64,000 nucleotides of DNA from an uncultured Candidatus Poseidoniales archaeon (GTDB lineage Archaea; Thermoplasmatota; Poseidoniia; Poseidoniales; Thalassarchaeaceae), in NCBI GenBank assembly GCA_964342465.1, contig CAYFFQ010000004.1, forward strand, positions 95,077-159,076, written 5' to 3'. Made by a program: the position numbers and the translations under genes. Under the pieces are notes generated by a model that saw only the letters and a program-made list of their open reading frames with translations, did no database searches and was not told where the DNA came from. Positions 24,632-38,591 of the stretch are shown in pieces (within the stretch, counting starts at the first letter, position 1; each line of letters opens with the position of its first letter).

Positions 24632-26104
24632 TCACCGCCAAGTCAACTCGAAACTGTCGGTCACATATTCCACCAACCTATCGTCGGTGATGACGGCCAC
24701 CCCGCCTTCTGCCAACCCGCATTGTCTATGGGGGGTGCCATCTCTCAGAATTGACAATCCATTTGATAGACTGTTGGCCATCAACTGCCAAAGTAGAGGG
24801 ATTTGGTCGCGGCTTGCTGGCAGCAATGGGCCACTCTCGAATAGGCTGGAAACCGAGGTGTCGAGGATGCGAGAATACTCTTCCATCGTAATATCCATGT
24901 TGACAATCTGGGGGATTGAGATGGCGGGGAAGTTGACCCCCGTTTTCTCCACCAGATTGACCCCAATTCCGAGTACGACCTTTTGGTGCGAACCCGTCTG
25001 ACGACCCTCGACGAGACATCCTGATAATTTTCCCCCCCCCACCCAAACATCGTTCGGCCAGCGAATCGCTACAGATTTCTCACTGCTGTCACCAGCCTCT
25101 GCCCAATGTACGCTGGCCAGACTTCTATCTTGCAGCAGCCTGACTGAGTCCACCACTGCGAGTGCAGCGCGCACTTGGGTCAGGGTGGCGGAAGCGAGGA
25201 CATTTTCTTCGTCCAAGAGCCAACTGCCGGTGAAATCCCCTGTTTCCGAGTACCAACTTCTCCCTCGCTGACCTCGGCCTGCCGCCTGGTTGACGGCTAC
25301 TAGACAGTCACCGATTACCGACTCTGCATCGAGGAGTGCCCTGTTGGTGGAATCGACTTCCCCTACTACGGTCATTTTCCTCCCTTGCCAAGGCCTCCAA
25401 GCAGAGACGCATGTTAACACCTCGCCGTCACCGAGGGTCATCTGTTCTGCGATTCGAGTTGCGAACCCTCCTTTTCGCCATCGGTTCTGTAGCATCCTCC
25501 CCCTTTTGGATGATGTGTGGATTAGGTGGACCGTACCGCCATCGGCCAACAGTTCTGGAATATCACCGAGAACTCGCAAGAGTTTGTCGGACCAACCCTC
25601 CTCGCCTTTCAAATCAACCAGTCCCGCATCTTCGAGTGGCCCAAGCCTCGCCTCCCCTACAGATGGGGGGTCGAGATATGGTAGGTTCCAGACAATGAGG
25701 TGATAAGGTGCTAAGGAAACTAATTCCGGGGTCATCCTCACCTCCCCTGAATCATTCAAATCAATGCCACCCTCGACTGTGGTTATCTCGATGTTGTACT
25801 CTATTGCATTACCTTTGGTAGCGGCTACTGCTAGTGGATTGACATCACAAGCCGTCACCTGCCACCCTCGTTGGGCGGCTGCAATCGAGATGGCTCCGGA
25901 GCCACAGCCGATCTCAAGCATCCGCCGCCCGCCCCCTCCGCCTATTCTTCCTATACATCTGTCCAATAGCGTAGTATCAATCCTAGGTGGGTAGACAGTA
26001 GGCGGTACCCGAAGGTGCATTCGGCGCAGTCCGGCCGCTCTCCACTCGTACATGACGGCGGGAGTGGATGAGATGGCGACTTCGCGGCTGATGAGTTCAT
26101 CCAC
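24632..26104 (-). CDS. birA: Fusion: HemK/Mtq2-like SAM-dependent methyltransferase (N) + biotin--[acetyl-CoA-carboxylase] ligase BirA (C)
   Basis: The N-terminal half has VYPPRIDTTLL, LEIGCGSGAISIAAA (SAM motif I) and IVWNLPYL (NPPY-type motif). The C-terminal half has QAAGRGQRGRSWYSETG (BirA GRGRxGRxW motif), IRWPNDVWVGGGKLSGCLVE and VVLGIGVN. Confidence 0.8.
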   Translation of the reverse strand: MDELISREVAISSTPAVMYEWRAAGLRRMHLRVPPTVYPPRIDTTLLDRCIGRIGGGGGRRMLEIGCGSGAISIAAAQRGWQVTACDVNPLAVAATKGNAIEYNIEITTVEGGIDLNDSGEVRMTPELVSLAPYHLIVWNLPYLDPPSVGEARLGPLEDAGLVDLKGEEGWSDKLLRVLGDIPELLADGGTVHLIHTSSKRGRMLQNRWRKGGFATRIAEQMTLGDGEVLTCVSAWRPWQGRKMTVVGEVDSTNRALLDAESVIGDCLVAVNQAAGRGQRGRSWYSETGDFTGSWLLDEENVLASATLTQVRAALAVVDSVRLLQDRSLASVHWAEAGDSSEKSVAIRWPNDVWVGGGKLSGCLVEGRQTGSHQKVVLGIGVNLVEKTGVNFPAISIPQIVNMDITMEEYSRILDTSVSSLFESGPLLPASRDQIPLLWQLMANSLSNGLSILRDGTPHRQCGLAEGGVAVITDDRLVEYVTDSFELTWR

Positions 26105-26295
26105 ATCTCTCGGAGAAGGTGGCTAATATCAAGCGTTTTCTCTCGGATTAGAGGATACCTTTATTTCAAACCCCTCTGAATGGAGTACCGGAGGAGCCAA
26201 CTCCACCACTGACTGGGCGGTCAGCATGGTTAGCGTATGCCATGCGGTAGGTTTTTGAATAGTACCCAAGTCCGAGGTTAGCCCACTACAGCCAT

Positions 26296-26369
26296 GGGCC
26301 TGTAGCTCAGTCAGGTAGAGCGACGGACTTTTAATCCGTTGGTCGCGGGTTCGAACCCCGTCGGGCCCG
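26296..26369 (+). tRNA. tRNA-Lys (anticodon UUU)
   Basis: Folded by hand. Acceptor GGGCCTG/CGGGCCC (one G-U pair), D arm GCTC-AGTCAGGTA-GAGC, anticodon arm ACGGA-CTTTTAA-TCCGT, variable TGGTC, T arm GCGGG-TTCGAAC-CCCGT, discriminator G. 74 nt, no encoded CCA. Confidence 0.9.
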
Positions 26370-26420
26370 CTCGCCGCTGGGACGCAGTACTGTGGTTGTG
26401 AAGGGTTACGGGGTGTTGGC

Positions 26421-27011
26421 ATGGCGGTAAAATCATCAACGAAGAAGAGGCTGATGGAACTTGGAGTCAAGGAAGAACTGGCCCACAAACTCGCCGACGA
26501 CGCCAACATGGATACCATCAAGAAGATGAGTACGAACGATGTCGCAACCAAACTCGGACTCAAGATTGGCGACAACGAACTCGAATCCATCATGGACATC
26601 ATTCGTAAGCAGACCGCATCGAAGAGAAGCCAGCCGACTCGCAGAGTCGAGATGAAGGCGAGGCTCAGAAAACTGGAAACCAACATCCCGTTAGGTGAAC
26701 GCAGATTCAACGTTCTCAACCATGAACTCGTCCCCATGCATGAACTCGTTCCTCTTGAGGAGGAGGTGGGCGAATTAGCACCTTGGGAACTTATGGGAGA
26801 GGGTTTCGATGGCGAACCCCGCCTCCGCCGTGAACTTCTCCCCAAGATTCTAATTTCAGACCCAGCGATTCAGTCACTCAAAGAGGCCTCGGAAGCGGCA
26901 GACCCGGAGTTGCGAGCAGGGTGGTTGAAGAACCGCATCGTGAGGATCACGAGAAGGAGTCCTTCGGCCGGCTCCCACATCGCATACAGACTAGTGGTAG
27001 AGGGTATCTGA
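26421..27011 (+). CDS. rpoH: DNA-directed RNA polymerase subunit H (Rpb5 homologue) with ~95 aa N-terminal extension
   Basis: The C-terminal ~100 aa (FNVLNHELVPMHELV...LPKILISDPAIQSL...IVRITRRSPSAGSHIAYRLVV) is canonical RpoH. At 196 aa it is over twice the usual ~80 aa. Position immediately upstream of rpoB. Confidence 0.85.
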   Translation: MAVKSSTKKRLMELGVKEELAHKLADDANMDTIKKMSTNDVATKLGLKIGDNELESIMDIIRKQTASKRSQPTRRVEMKARLRKLETNIPLGERRFNVLNHELVPMHELVPLEEEVGELAPWELMGEGFDGEPRLRRELLPKILISDPAIQSLKEASEAADPELRAGWLKNRIVRITRRSPSAGSHIAYRLVVEGI

Positions 27012-27025
27012 GGGGGGTTGAAAAC

Positions 27026-30000
27026 ATGCGAGAGATCATTGAGACATATTTCAGAGAGAGAAGCCTAGTGAACCATCAGATTGCATCTTACGATGACTGC
27101 CTCCCCAAGGGTGATGGCAGTGAATGCCGGTTCGAGAAGATAATCCAGAACATCCGAATCGGGACCGACGAGATCATCAACGATGACGAAGGTGGATTGG
27201 TCAAACTAGACGTGCTTGATAATGAGATTTCCGTCAGAATGAAGAATCTCACTCTCGGCCCACCTACAATCCGCGAAGCGAACGGAGCCAACAACGAGAA
27301 TGCTACTCCCCTCGAGTGTCGCTTGAGGAAACTCACTTACGGTTCACCGATCTATCTCGACTTCACCATCAACAGGGAAGACCTCCCCACCCCTATCAAG
27401 GAGGACAGAGTGCAGGTGGGTACCATGCCCATCATGGTCCGCTCAGAGCGATGCAACCTCCACCCGAGCCATGTAGACAGAGACAGAAACCTCAACCCGA
27501 GTATGAGTGAGGAGGACAAGGCATACTACGAGAACCTCCTCGCAAAGATGGGTGAGGACCCCAACGACCCAGGTGGGTATTTTATCATCAACGGAACAGA
27601 GCGCGTCCTCATTTCGATGGAGGACCTCGCCCCCAACCGAGTGACGGTTGAGATGAACAAGAGATACAGTAGAAAGACAGAGGTTGCCAAGATTTTCTCC
27701 CAGAAGGATGGTGTGAGGAAACCTTTGACCGTCGAGAAGAGGAAGGATGGAATGCTGATGGTGAAAATCAGTTCCGCAGGAGCACAGGTCATTCCCGCAG
27801 TTCTGCTGATGCGCGCTCTTGGAATTGATTCAGACGAGGAGATTTTCGCCTCTATCGCCGGCCAGAAAGAGGCATTCAAGTATGTCGTGGCCAATATCAA
27901 TCATGTCCGCGACCCACATACGAAGGACGCCTACGGGGTCGAGACCCATGAGGAGGCAATCGGTTGGCTGGAGAAGAAATTTGCCGCCGGCCAGCAGAAG
28001 GACTACCGAGAACAGCGTGTCACCAATCTGATGGACAAGGAACTTCTCCCTCATCTTGGCGACCAACCCGAACACCGAATGAAGAAGGCGGTATTCTTGG
28101 GGAGAATAGTCAGACAGGTTCTCGAGATGGCCATCTCCGAAGACCAGAAACCGAATGACAAGGACCACTACGCCAACAAGCGTGTCCGTCTCGCTGGTGA
28201 CCTCATTGAAGACCTGTTCAGGGTCAGCATGAGCCAACTCGCACGCGACCTGAAGTACCAGTTGGAGCGTCATCACAACCGCAAGCGCGAGTTGAAAATA
28301 GGCAGTTGTCTGAGGCCAGATGTCCTGACCTCCAAGATAATGCACGCCCTCGCTACTGGCAACTGGGTAGGTGGCCGCACCGGTGTCAGTCAACTGCTGG
28401 ACCGCACGACATTCATCTCCGCCCTCTCCCACATGCGCAGGGTGACAAGCCCTCTCGTTCGCAGCCAACCTCATTTTGAGGCGCGAGACCTGCACCCTAC
28501 TCAATGGGGCAGATTGTGCCCCAATGAGACTCCTGAAGGTCAGAACTGCGGTTTGGTGAAGAATGCGGCCCACATGATTGATGTTTCTGAGGCAGTCCGC
28601 GAAGACGATGTCAAGGCACTCCTGCTAGAGGCCGGCGTCATCGAGCCGGAAGACTGGTCGGAAGGCTCCCGTGTTCACGTCAATGGCGACATTTTCGGAC
28701 TGCATAAGAATCCACACCGACTCGTCCAGCACTTCAAGAGGAGACGCAGAAACGGCAGAATCCGTCCAGAGGTCTCAATCCGCCACGATTCCGTCAACCG
28801 CGACATCTTCATCAACACCGACAAGGGTAGAATCTTGCGGCCCCTGTTGGTACTTGAGTCTGGCAACATCGTCCTCTCCAAGGAGCACCTCACAAACCTC
28901 AGAAACAGAGAGGTGACCTTCACCGACCTCATCAACGAGGGTGTAGTCGAGTGGGTGGATGCTGAGGAAGAAGAGGACCTACTCATCGCACCGCGGCCGT
29001 TCGACCTGCCACACTTCTCACCGAAGTTCAACCGACCCATCAATCCAGCCAAGGTGACATGGACCAACCTCGGTGAATTCGAAATCGACAGTGCGAACCT
29101 CGAAGTTGAAGTCCAACTCCCCAACGGTAAATGGGAGACTGAGCGGTTTCAGGTTCCATTGAACTACCATCAAGACGATGTCGATGCACTTCGCCGCAAG
29201 GAGAGAAGGTCCGGAGAGGTTTTGGTCTACACCCATGTTGAGATAGACCCACAGTTGATTCTCGGTGTCTGCGCTTCCCTTGTGCCATATCCTGAGCACA
29301 ACTCCACGCCTAGAGTCACAGGTGGTACGGCGATGGTGAAACAATCCCTCGGATTGCCATCAAGTAATCACCGAGTAAGGCCAGACACCCGCATGCATGT
29401 TCTGGACTACCCGCAGCGTTCTATAGTTCAAACTGAGGCGATGAAGCACACCCGATTCGTTGAACGGCCGGGCGGCCAGAATTACATCGTCGCCGTCCTC
29501 AGCCACCACGGCTACAACATGCAGGACGCGGTCATCATGAACCGAGCCTCGGTAGAACGCGCCCTCGGCCGCTCCAGTTTCACTCGCACATACAATGCAG
29601 AGAGAAAGAGATTTCCGGGCGGACAGGAAGAGGAGATCCAAATCCCAGGCGTTGGCCAAGATGAGGTCAAAGGTCGCAAGGATGGGACCGAGTATGAACA
29701 TCTTGAATTCGATGGACTCCCTCACCCTGAGACCTTCCTTTCGGGAAAGAACGATGAGAACAAGGCGGTGTTGGTTGGGAAAACCAGTCCACCACGCTTC
29801 TTGGAAGAGGGCCATGGTGCATTCATGATGGGCCAATACCGTCAGGAATCGAGCATGCATGTACGGCACGGTGAGTCAGGTCATCTCGACCACCTCTTCG
29901 TCACAGAGAGTCTGGACGCTGGAAGATTGGTTAGAATCACCCTGCGTCAACACAGAATTCCCGAATTGGGAGACAAGTTCTCCTCCCGCCACGGACAGAA

Positions 30001-30702
30001 AGGTGTGATCGGCCGGCTTGTCGATCAGGAAGACATGCCCTTCACCGTCGATGGTGTGGTCCCTGACCTCATAATCAACCCGCACGCTATCCCAAGCCGC
30101 ATGACCGTCGCCCACATCCTCGAGATGATCGGTGGCAAGACCGGAGCGATGGAAGGGAGATTTATCGATGCGACTGCCTTCTCTGGTGAGAAGGAAGCTG
30201 CCATCAGGGAAGGACTGCTGAGAAACGGATACCAGCATACCGGTCGTGAGCGAATGGTGAACGGTGAGACCGGTGAAGAATATCCAGCCAATGTCTTCGT
30301 AGGCTGCATCTACTACCAGAAACTGCATCACATGGTATCGAGCAAGATTCACGCCCGCGCTAGAGGTCGTGTCCAGATTCTCACCCATCAGCCGACAGAG
30401 GGTCGTGCCCGACAAGGCGGATTGAGATTCGGTGAGATGGAGAGAGACTGCCTCATCGCCCACGGTGCGTCGATGGTCATTAAGGACAGATTGCTCGATG
30501 AATCCGACGGCGTGACACTGGCTGTCTGTGCAGAGAGCGGCCATGTGGCATATTGGGACAACCGCCGTCGTTGTCATATCAGCCCGGTTCACGGAGAGGG
30601 TGCTGAAGTTCATCTCGTGGAGACCTCGTACGCATTCAAACTGCTCCTCGATGAGATGAAATCGCTTGGAGTCGCTATGCGGCTCCAATTGGAGGACAGG
30701 AG

Positions 30703-30706
<4 letters not shown>
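27026..30706 (+). CDS. rpoB: DNA-directed RNA polymerase subunit B (unsplit)
   Basis: 1226 aa from ATG 27026 (MREIIETYFRERSLVNHQIASYD). Conserved blocks include GYFIINGTERV, FEARDLHPTQWGRLCPNETPEGQNCGLVKN, SSRHGQKGV and GGLRFGEMERDCLIAHGA. The track start at 26921 overlaps rpoH. Confidence 0.95.
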
Positions 30707-35342
<4,636 letters not shown>

Positions 35343-35387
35343 AAATCCCACCATGAGATACAAATGTGGAGTATGGAGGAATAAAGA

Positions 35388-35687
35388 ATGGATATTGTAA
35401 AACAATTGCGAAATGCGATGAAGAGTGGCAGCCTGCTGTTTGGTCAGAATCAGGCTGAGGCTGCCTGTGCGAAAGGGGAAGCGAAGTTGGTGATAGTTGC
35501 TGCTAACTGTCCGCGAGATTATGTGGAAAACCTGCACACCTCCCACCCTGATGTACCTCTTCATCAGGTGCCGCTCGTCAACAGAGAACTCGGTGCGGCT
35601 TGTGCAAAGCCATTCCATGTGAGTTCCATCTGTGTGCTTGACGCCGGTAACAGCGACCTGCTCTCATTGGACACCAATGTCGAATGA
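35388..35687 (+). CDS. rpl30e: Ribosomal protein eL30 (L30e)
   Basis: 99 aa. LLFGQNQAEAACAKGEAKLVIVAANCP is typical of L30e/L7Ae-fold eL30. Conserved position after rpoA''. Confidence 0.85.
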   Translation: MDIVKQLRNAMKSGSLLFGQNQAEAACAKGEAKLVIVAANCPRDYVENLHTSHPDVPLHQVPLVNRELGAACAKPFHVSSICVLDAGNSDLLSLDTNVE

Positions 35688-35688
35688 A

Positions 35689-35700
35689 CTCTCTTTTCTG
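35689..35700 (+). terminator. Possible archaeal oligo-T terminator after rpl30e
   Basis: CTCTCTTTTCTG lies immediately after the TGA at 35685-35687. Pyrimidine/T-rich tracts are the usual archaeal termination signal. Weak. Confidence 0.3.
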
Positions 35701-35849
35701 CTCAAATTAGGCGGTCTCCGACCGAGGGATAGCCAATACTGCTCTTAGGCTCACGCCGCTCGCGGCTACACCTTGAAGTAGAAGATAACCCCTCTTCATG
35801 CTTATCAGAGATGAGAGGTTTCATTTGCTGACAGGGGGGCGCCGGTCTG

Positions 35850-36812
35850 ATGGCCTTCTCTCTATCTTCAGTCCTTAGTGAACTGGGAATAGAAATTGAA
35901 GAGGTGGGGATGGTCAGCAGGACCCCTGGAATCACCTGCCTCGGCACAATTTCATCACTGTATGATGATACGGTGCGCTGTCCTCTACCAATTGGCTCAT
36001 TCGTTTGGCACGCCGAGGCTGGGTGGGCGGCGATTGACAGGATGGAGATGGAGCGCTGGATGGTTGACGCTCCGGCAGGAAATCACTGGATGATATCGGA
36101 GAGAAAGTTGGTTGAACTGAACCGACTCCCCTCCCGCGAGGGGGTCGTATTGACCCTCTGGTCGTCAGAAACACTCAGCGCTTGGCTGGGCAGGGCCGTG
36201 TTGGAAGGCAAACTACACCTCTCCTGCTCACATGTCGCAGCAACATCGACATTCACATCGATACAGGACCGTGCCGAGTCGTTGAGCACACCGGAACCGA
36301 AAGCCATTGCCCTCAAACCGAGCGTCAACCTTACCGATTGGTTACGGGATATGGGATACGAGTCCCTACCCGTAAAACCACTCCTTCTCGAGGGTAGGAG
36401 ATGGGATGTGTGTGGGGAGTTGGTGGGCCCGGAAGATACTCGTGAGAGCCATTCGTGGTCACTCTTGGATGACCCGTTCCTGAACTCCCTGTCACCCGCA
36501 GAAGATGCTCAGGAGTTGCCATTCGTGCCGCAGTTGGAGCGGTTGCAGCCGCCATTTTGGCGAAGTCAGGGAACTATCCGCTCTGAACTGACGACGGTCT
36601 GTGAGGAGAGGCGCCACTGGAGGGTCAATCAAACATCTGCTGATGGTCTTGTGCAGGGAAGTATTCTGCACTGGTGGCGAATTGACGAAAAAACCGCAGA
36701 GATGACTCACTCGCCCGTACTGATTCCTGCTTGGCAGGTGGAATTTCCCGACAGTGGGGCCATGGTTGTGCATGGACTATGCGGAAAACTTGTCAATCTG
36801 CCCAAATTGTAG
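35850..36812 (+). CDS. Hypothetical protein, Trp-rich, no recognisable motif
   Basis: 320 aa ORF with coding-like composition. Unusually Trp-rich by eye (more than a dozen W). Occupies the position where nusA/rps12/rps7 normally follow rpl30e. Confidence 0.5.
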   Translation: MAFSLSSVLSELGIEIEEVGMVSRTPGITCLGTISSLYDDTVRCPLPIGSFVWHAEAGWAAIDRMEMERWMVDAPAGNHWMISERKLVELNRLPSREGVVLTLWSSETLSAWLGRAVLEGKLHLSCSHVAATSTFTSIQDRAESLSTPEPKAIALKPSVNLTDWLRDMGYESLPVKPLLLEGRRWDVCGELVGPEDTRESHSWSLLDDPFLNSLSPAEDAQELPFVPQLERLQPPFWRSQGTIRSELTTVCEERRHWRVNQTSADGLVQGSILHWWRIDEKTAEMTHSPVLIPAWQVEFPDSGAMVVHGLCGKLVNLPKL

Positions 36813-36864
36813 GGTAGGTGAGAATAGGGATAGACTCAGAGGTCGTCTATTGTTGGGGTGACTG

Positions 36865-37548
36865 TCAGTCGAACAGAGGTCCCATGACCGTGACACCACC
36901 AGGGCTGATGTCGATGGCTTGTTTTTCCATTGAGTGTCTGATGTGTCGCATCTTTTCAATCTGCATCGTTCTGACGATCTTACCATTTCTTCTGTCCAAG
37001 CCGAGATTGAAAATTGAATCTGCGATGAATCCCTCATTTCCCTCCAACTCTGCGAACTCTCCCGTCTGACGCTCGGTGATGATGAATGAGAAAAGCCCCT
37101 GAGAGCGCAGGAAATCAAAGAAGCCGAACATCTTCTTTCGCATCTCTTCATCGACCTTAGTCAGACTGTAAATGGCACCGAGACTGTCTAGGATGAAGAC
37201 TGTGAACTGCTCACCCCTCTCTTGCTTGAAATGTTGAATCATCCGGCGGGTGAATTTGAGATAGTCCATGGCCTCATTCTCCTTCCTAAGTTCAGTGAGG
37301 TCGGTGATTTGTAGGTTTGGTGGAAGTTCGAGTCCCATGGAATTGCAGGTCTTCAGTAGACTGCCAACCGATTCTTCCACGGTGCAGTAAAGTCCGAACT
37401 CACCTGTTCGCCGCAGATAGTTGGAAATCAGCGACAGAGCGAAACTCGTCTTCATGGAGCCCGGCGGGCCGGTTATCAAACTCAAATATGGTGGCGAAAC
37501 ATCGCTACTCATGACTCGCTCCATGCCTGCAATGCCGCCTATGAACAT
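36865..37548 (-). CDS. KaiC/RecA-superfamily single-domain ATPase (COG0467-like)
   Basis: Walker A ITGPPGSMKTSFAL, Walker B-like FTVFILDSLGAI, and a KaiC-like tail RTMQIEKMRHIRHSMEKQAIDISPGG. 227 aa. Confidence 0.7.
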   Translation of the reverse strand: MFIGGIAGMERVMSSDVSPPYLSLITGPPGSMKTSFALSLISNYLRRTGEFGLYCTVEESVGSLLKTCNSMGLELPPNLQITDLTELRKENEAMDYLKFTRRMIQHFKQERGEQFTVFILDSLGAIYSLTKVDEEMRKKMFGFFDFLRSQGLFSFIITERQTGEFAELEGNEGFIADSIFNLGLDRRNGKIVRTMQIEKMRHIRHSMEKQAIDISPGGVTVMGPLFD

Positions 37549-37737
37549 CCGAATCGGGCCGCCATCTTGGCCGCTGTATTAATCGTTGTCGTAGTCAGTG
37601 AGTGGCAGGAGTTGCAAATCGCCAGATTTCCAATTCAACGAAATTAAATCATAGTGGTTAAATGCCCTCCCCAACTCGAAGTGCTACGCAGTAGCACACC
37701 GTGGGTACCTTCGGCGTTGATTTCAGAGGGTGGCGAG

Positions 37738-38577
37738 ATGAAGAACACCTTGCAACAGATAGTTTCAACTGCAGATTCTCTGACTTCTCAGCACCAGAAA
37801 ACACGCGATGAATGGAACAAAATCTCAGTTGACCACCGCAACAGAAGAGAACACCTCAACAGTCAGAAGAGAGAGGTCTTCGACGAGATTGAGAGGCAGC
37901 GAAATGTTCGTGACAAGGAGAACGCCAATGTTCGTAAAGCCAAGAAACTGCGCGAGTTCGTCAAGGACAAGTTCCACGCCAAGAGAGACGAGGTCAACCC
38001 CAATAGACAATGGGGGGGGCGCTCGAGGAGGGAGGAATCCCTTCCCGAACTTAAGGAGAAGATTCGTCGTCTTGAAATGGATCACCAGATTGGAAAACTC
38101 AAGGAGAAGGAATTCAACGAGCGTGCAGACAAACTGCGCCGGCGGGTGAGAGAATTGGAAGAGGGAGCCAGCAATTCCTCCAGCGACAGCGACCATCCGG
38201 AGTTGGCAAAACTTGAGGCCGCCTTCGAGGAAGCACACCGCCGAGTCTTGGATGCAGCAGATTCAGCGCAGGCGGCACACGACCTGATGGGTAAACTTCA
38301 GGACGAAACGCGCCGACTCTCAGATGAACATGAGCGCGCTCATGTAGCCTTCATGCGTGCGCGCGATGAATCTGATAAGGAGCACCGCAGATACATCGTC
38401 GCCATGAGATTGGCTTTCAGCGGCAAGAATCTGATACGAGCCATCAAGGAGAGAAGTGATGGAGTGCAACCTGCCAAAGCGGCTGCGACAGCGGAGAGCG
38501 TTGACCTGATGAGTGCGCTACTGTCCGGACAAGCACTCTCAACTGAACAGTTGATGGCGATGCAAAGGCGTGACTGA
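37738..38577 (+). CDS. Archaeal coiled-coil protein (COG1340-like), paralogue 1
   Basis: 279 aa from ATG 37738, preceded by GAGGGTGG. K/R/E-rich heptad-like sequence throughout. It has a central LPELKEKIRRLEMDHQIGKLKEKE block and a C-terminal LLSGQALSTEQLMAM motif shared with the paralogues. Confidence 0.6.
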   Translation: MKNTLQQIVSTADSLTSQHQKTRDEWNKISVDHRNRREHLNSQKREVFDEIERQRNVRDKENANVRKAKKLREFVKDKFHAKRDEVNPNRQWGGRSRREESLPELKEKIRRLEMDHQIGKLKEKEFNERADKLRRRVRELEEGASNSSSDSDHPELAKLEAAFEEAHRRVLDAADSAQAAHDLMGKLQDETRRLSDEHERAHVAFMRARDESDKEHRRYIVAMRLAFSGKNLIRAIKERSDGVQPAKAAATAESVDLMSALLSGQALSTEQLMAMQRRD

Positions 38578-38591
38578 GGTCGGTGTGAGGA

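Noticed and set aside
26129-26845. 238 aa minus-strand ORF.
   Set aside because: It runs antisense through tRNA-Lys and the rpoH gene. The Ser/Pro/Leu-rich composition is typical of an antisense shadow of a real gene.
27830-30688. Long antisense ORFs inside rpoB (27830-28573, 28675-29124, 29360-29869, 29876-30688) and inside rpoA'/A'' (31093-31497, 31914-32453, 33869-34348, 35055-35618).
   Set aside because: They are fully contained in highly conserved RNA polymerase genes on the opposite strand. No motifs are present. They are a typical by-product of the codon bias of the sense gene.
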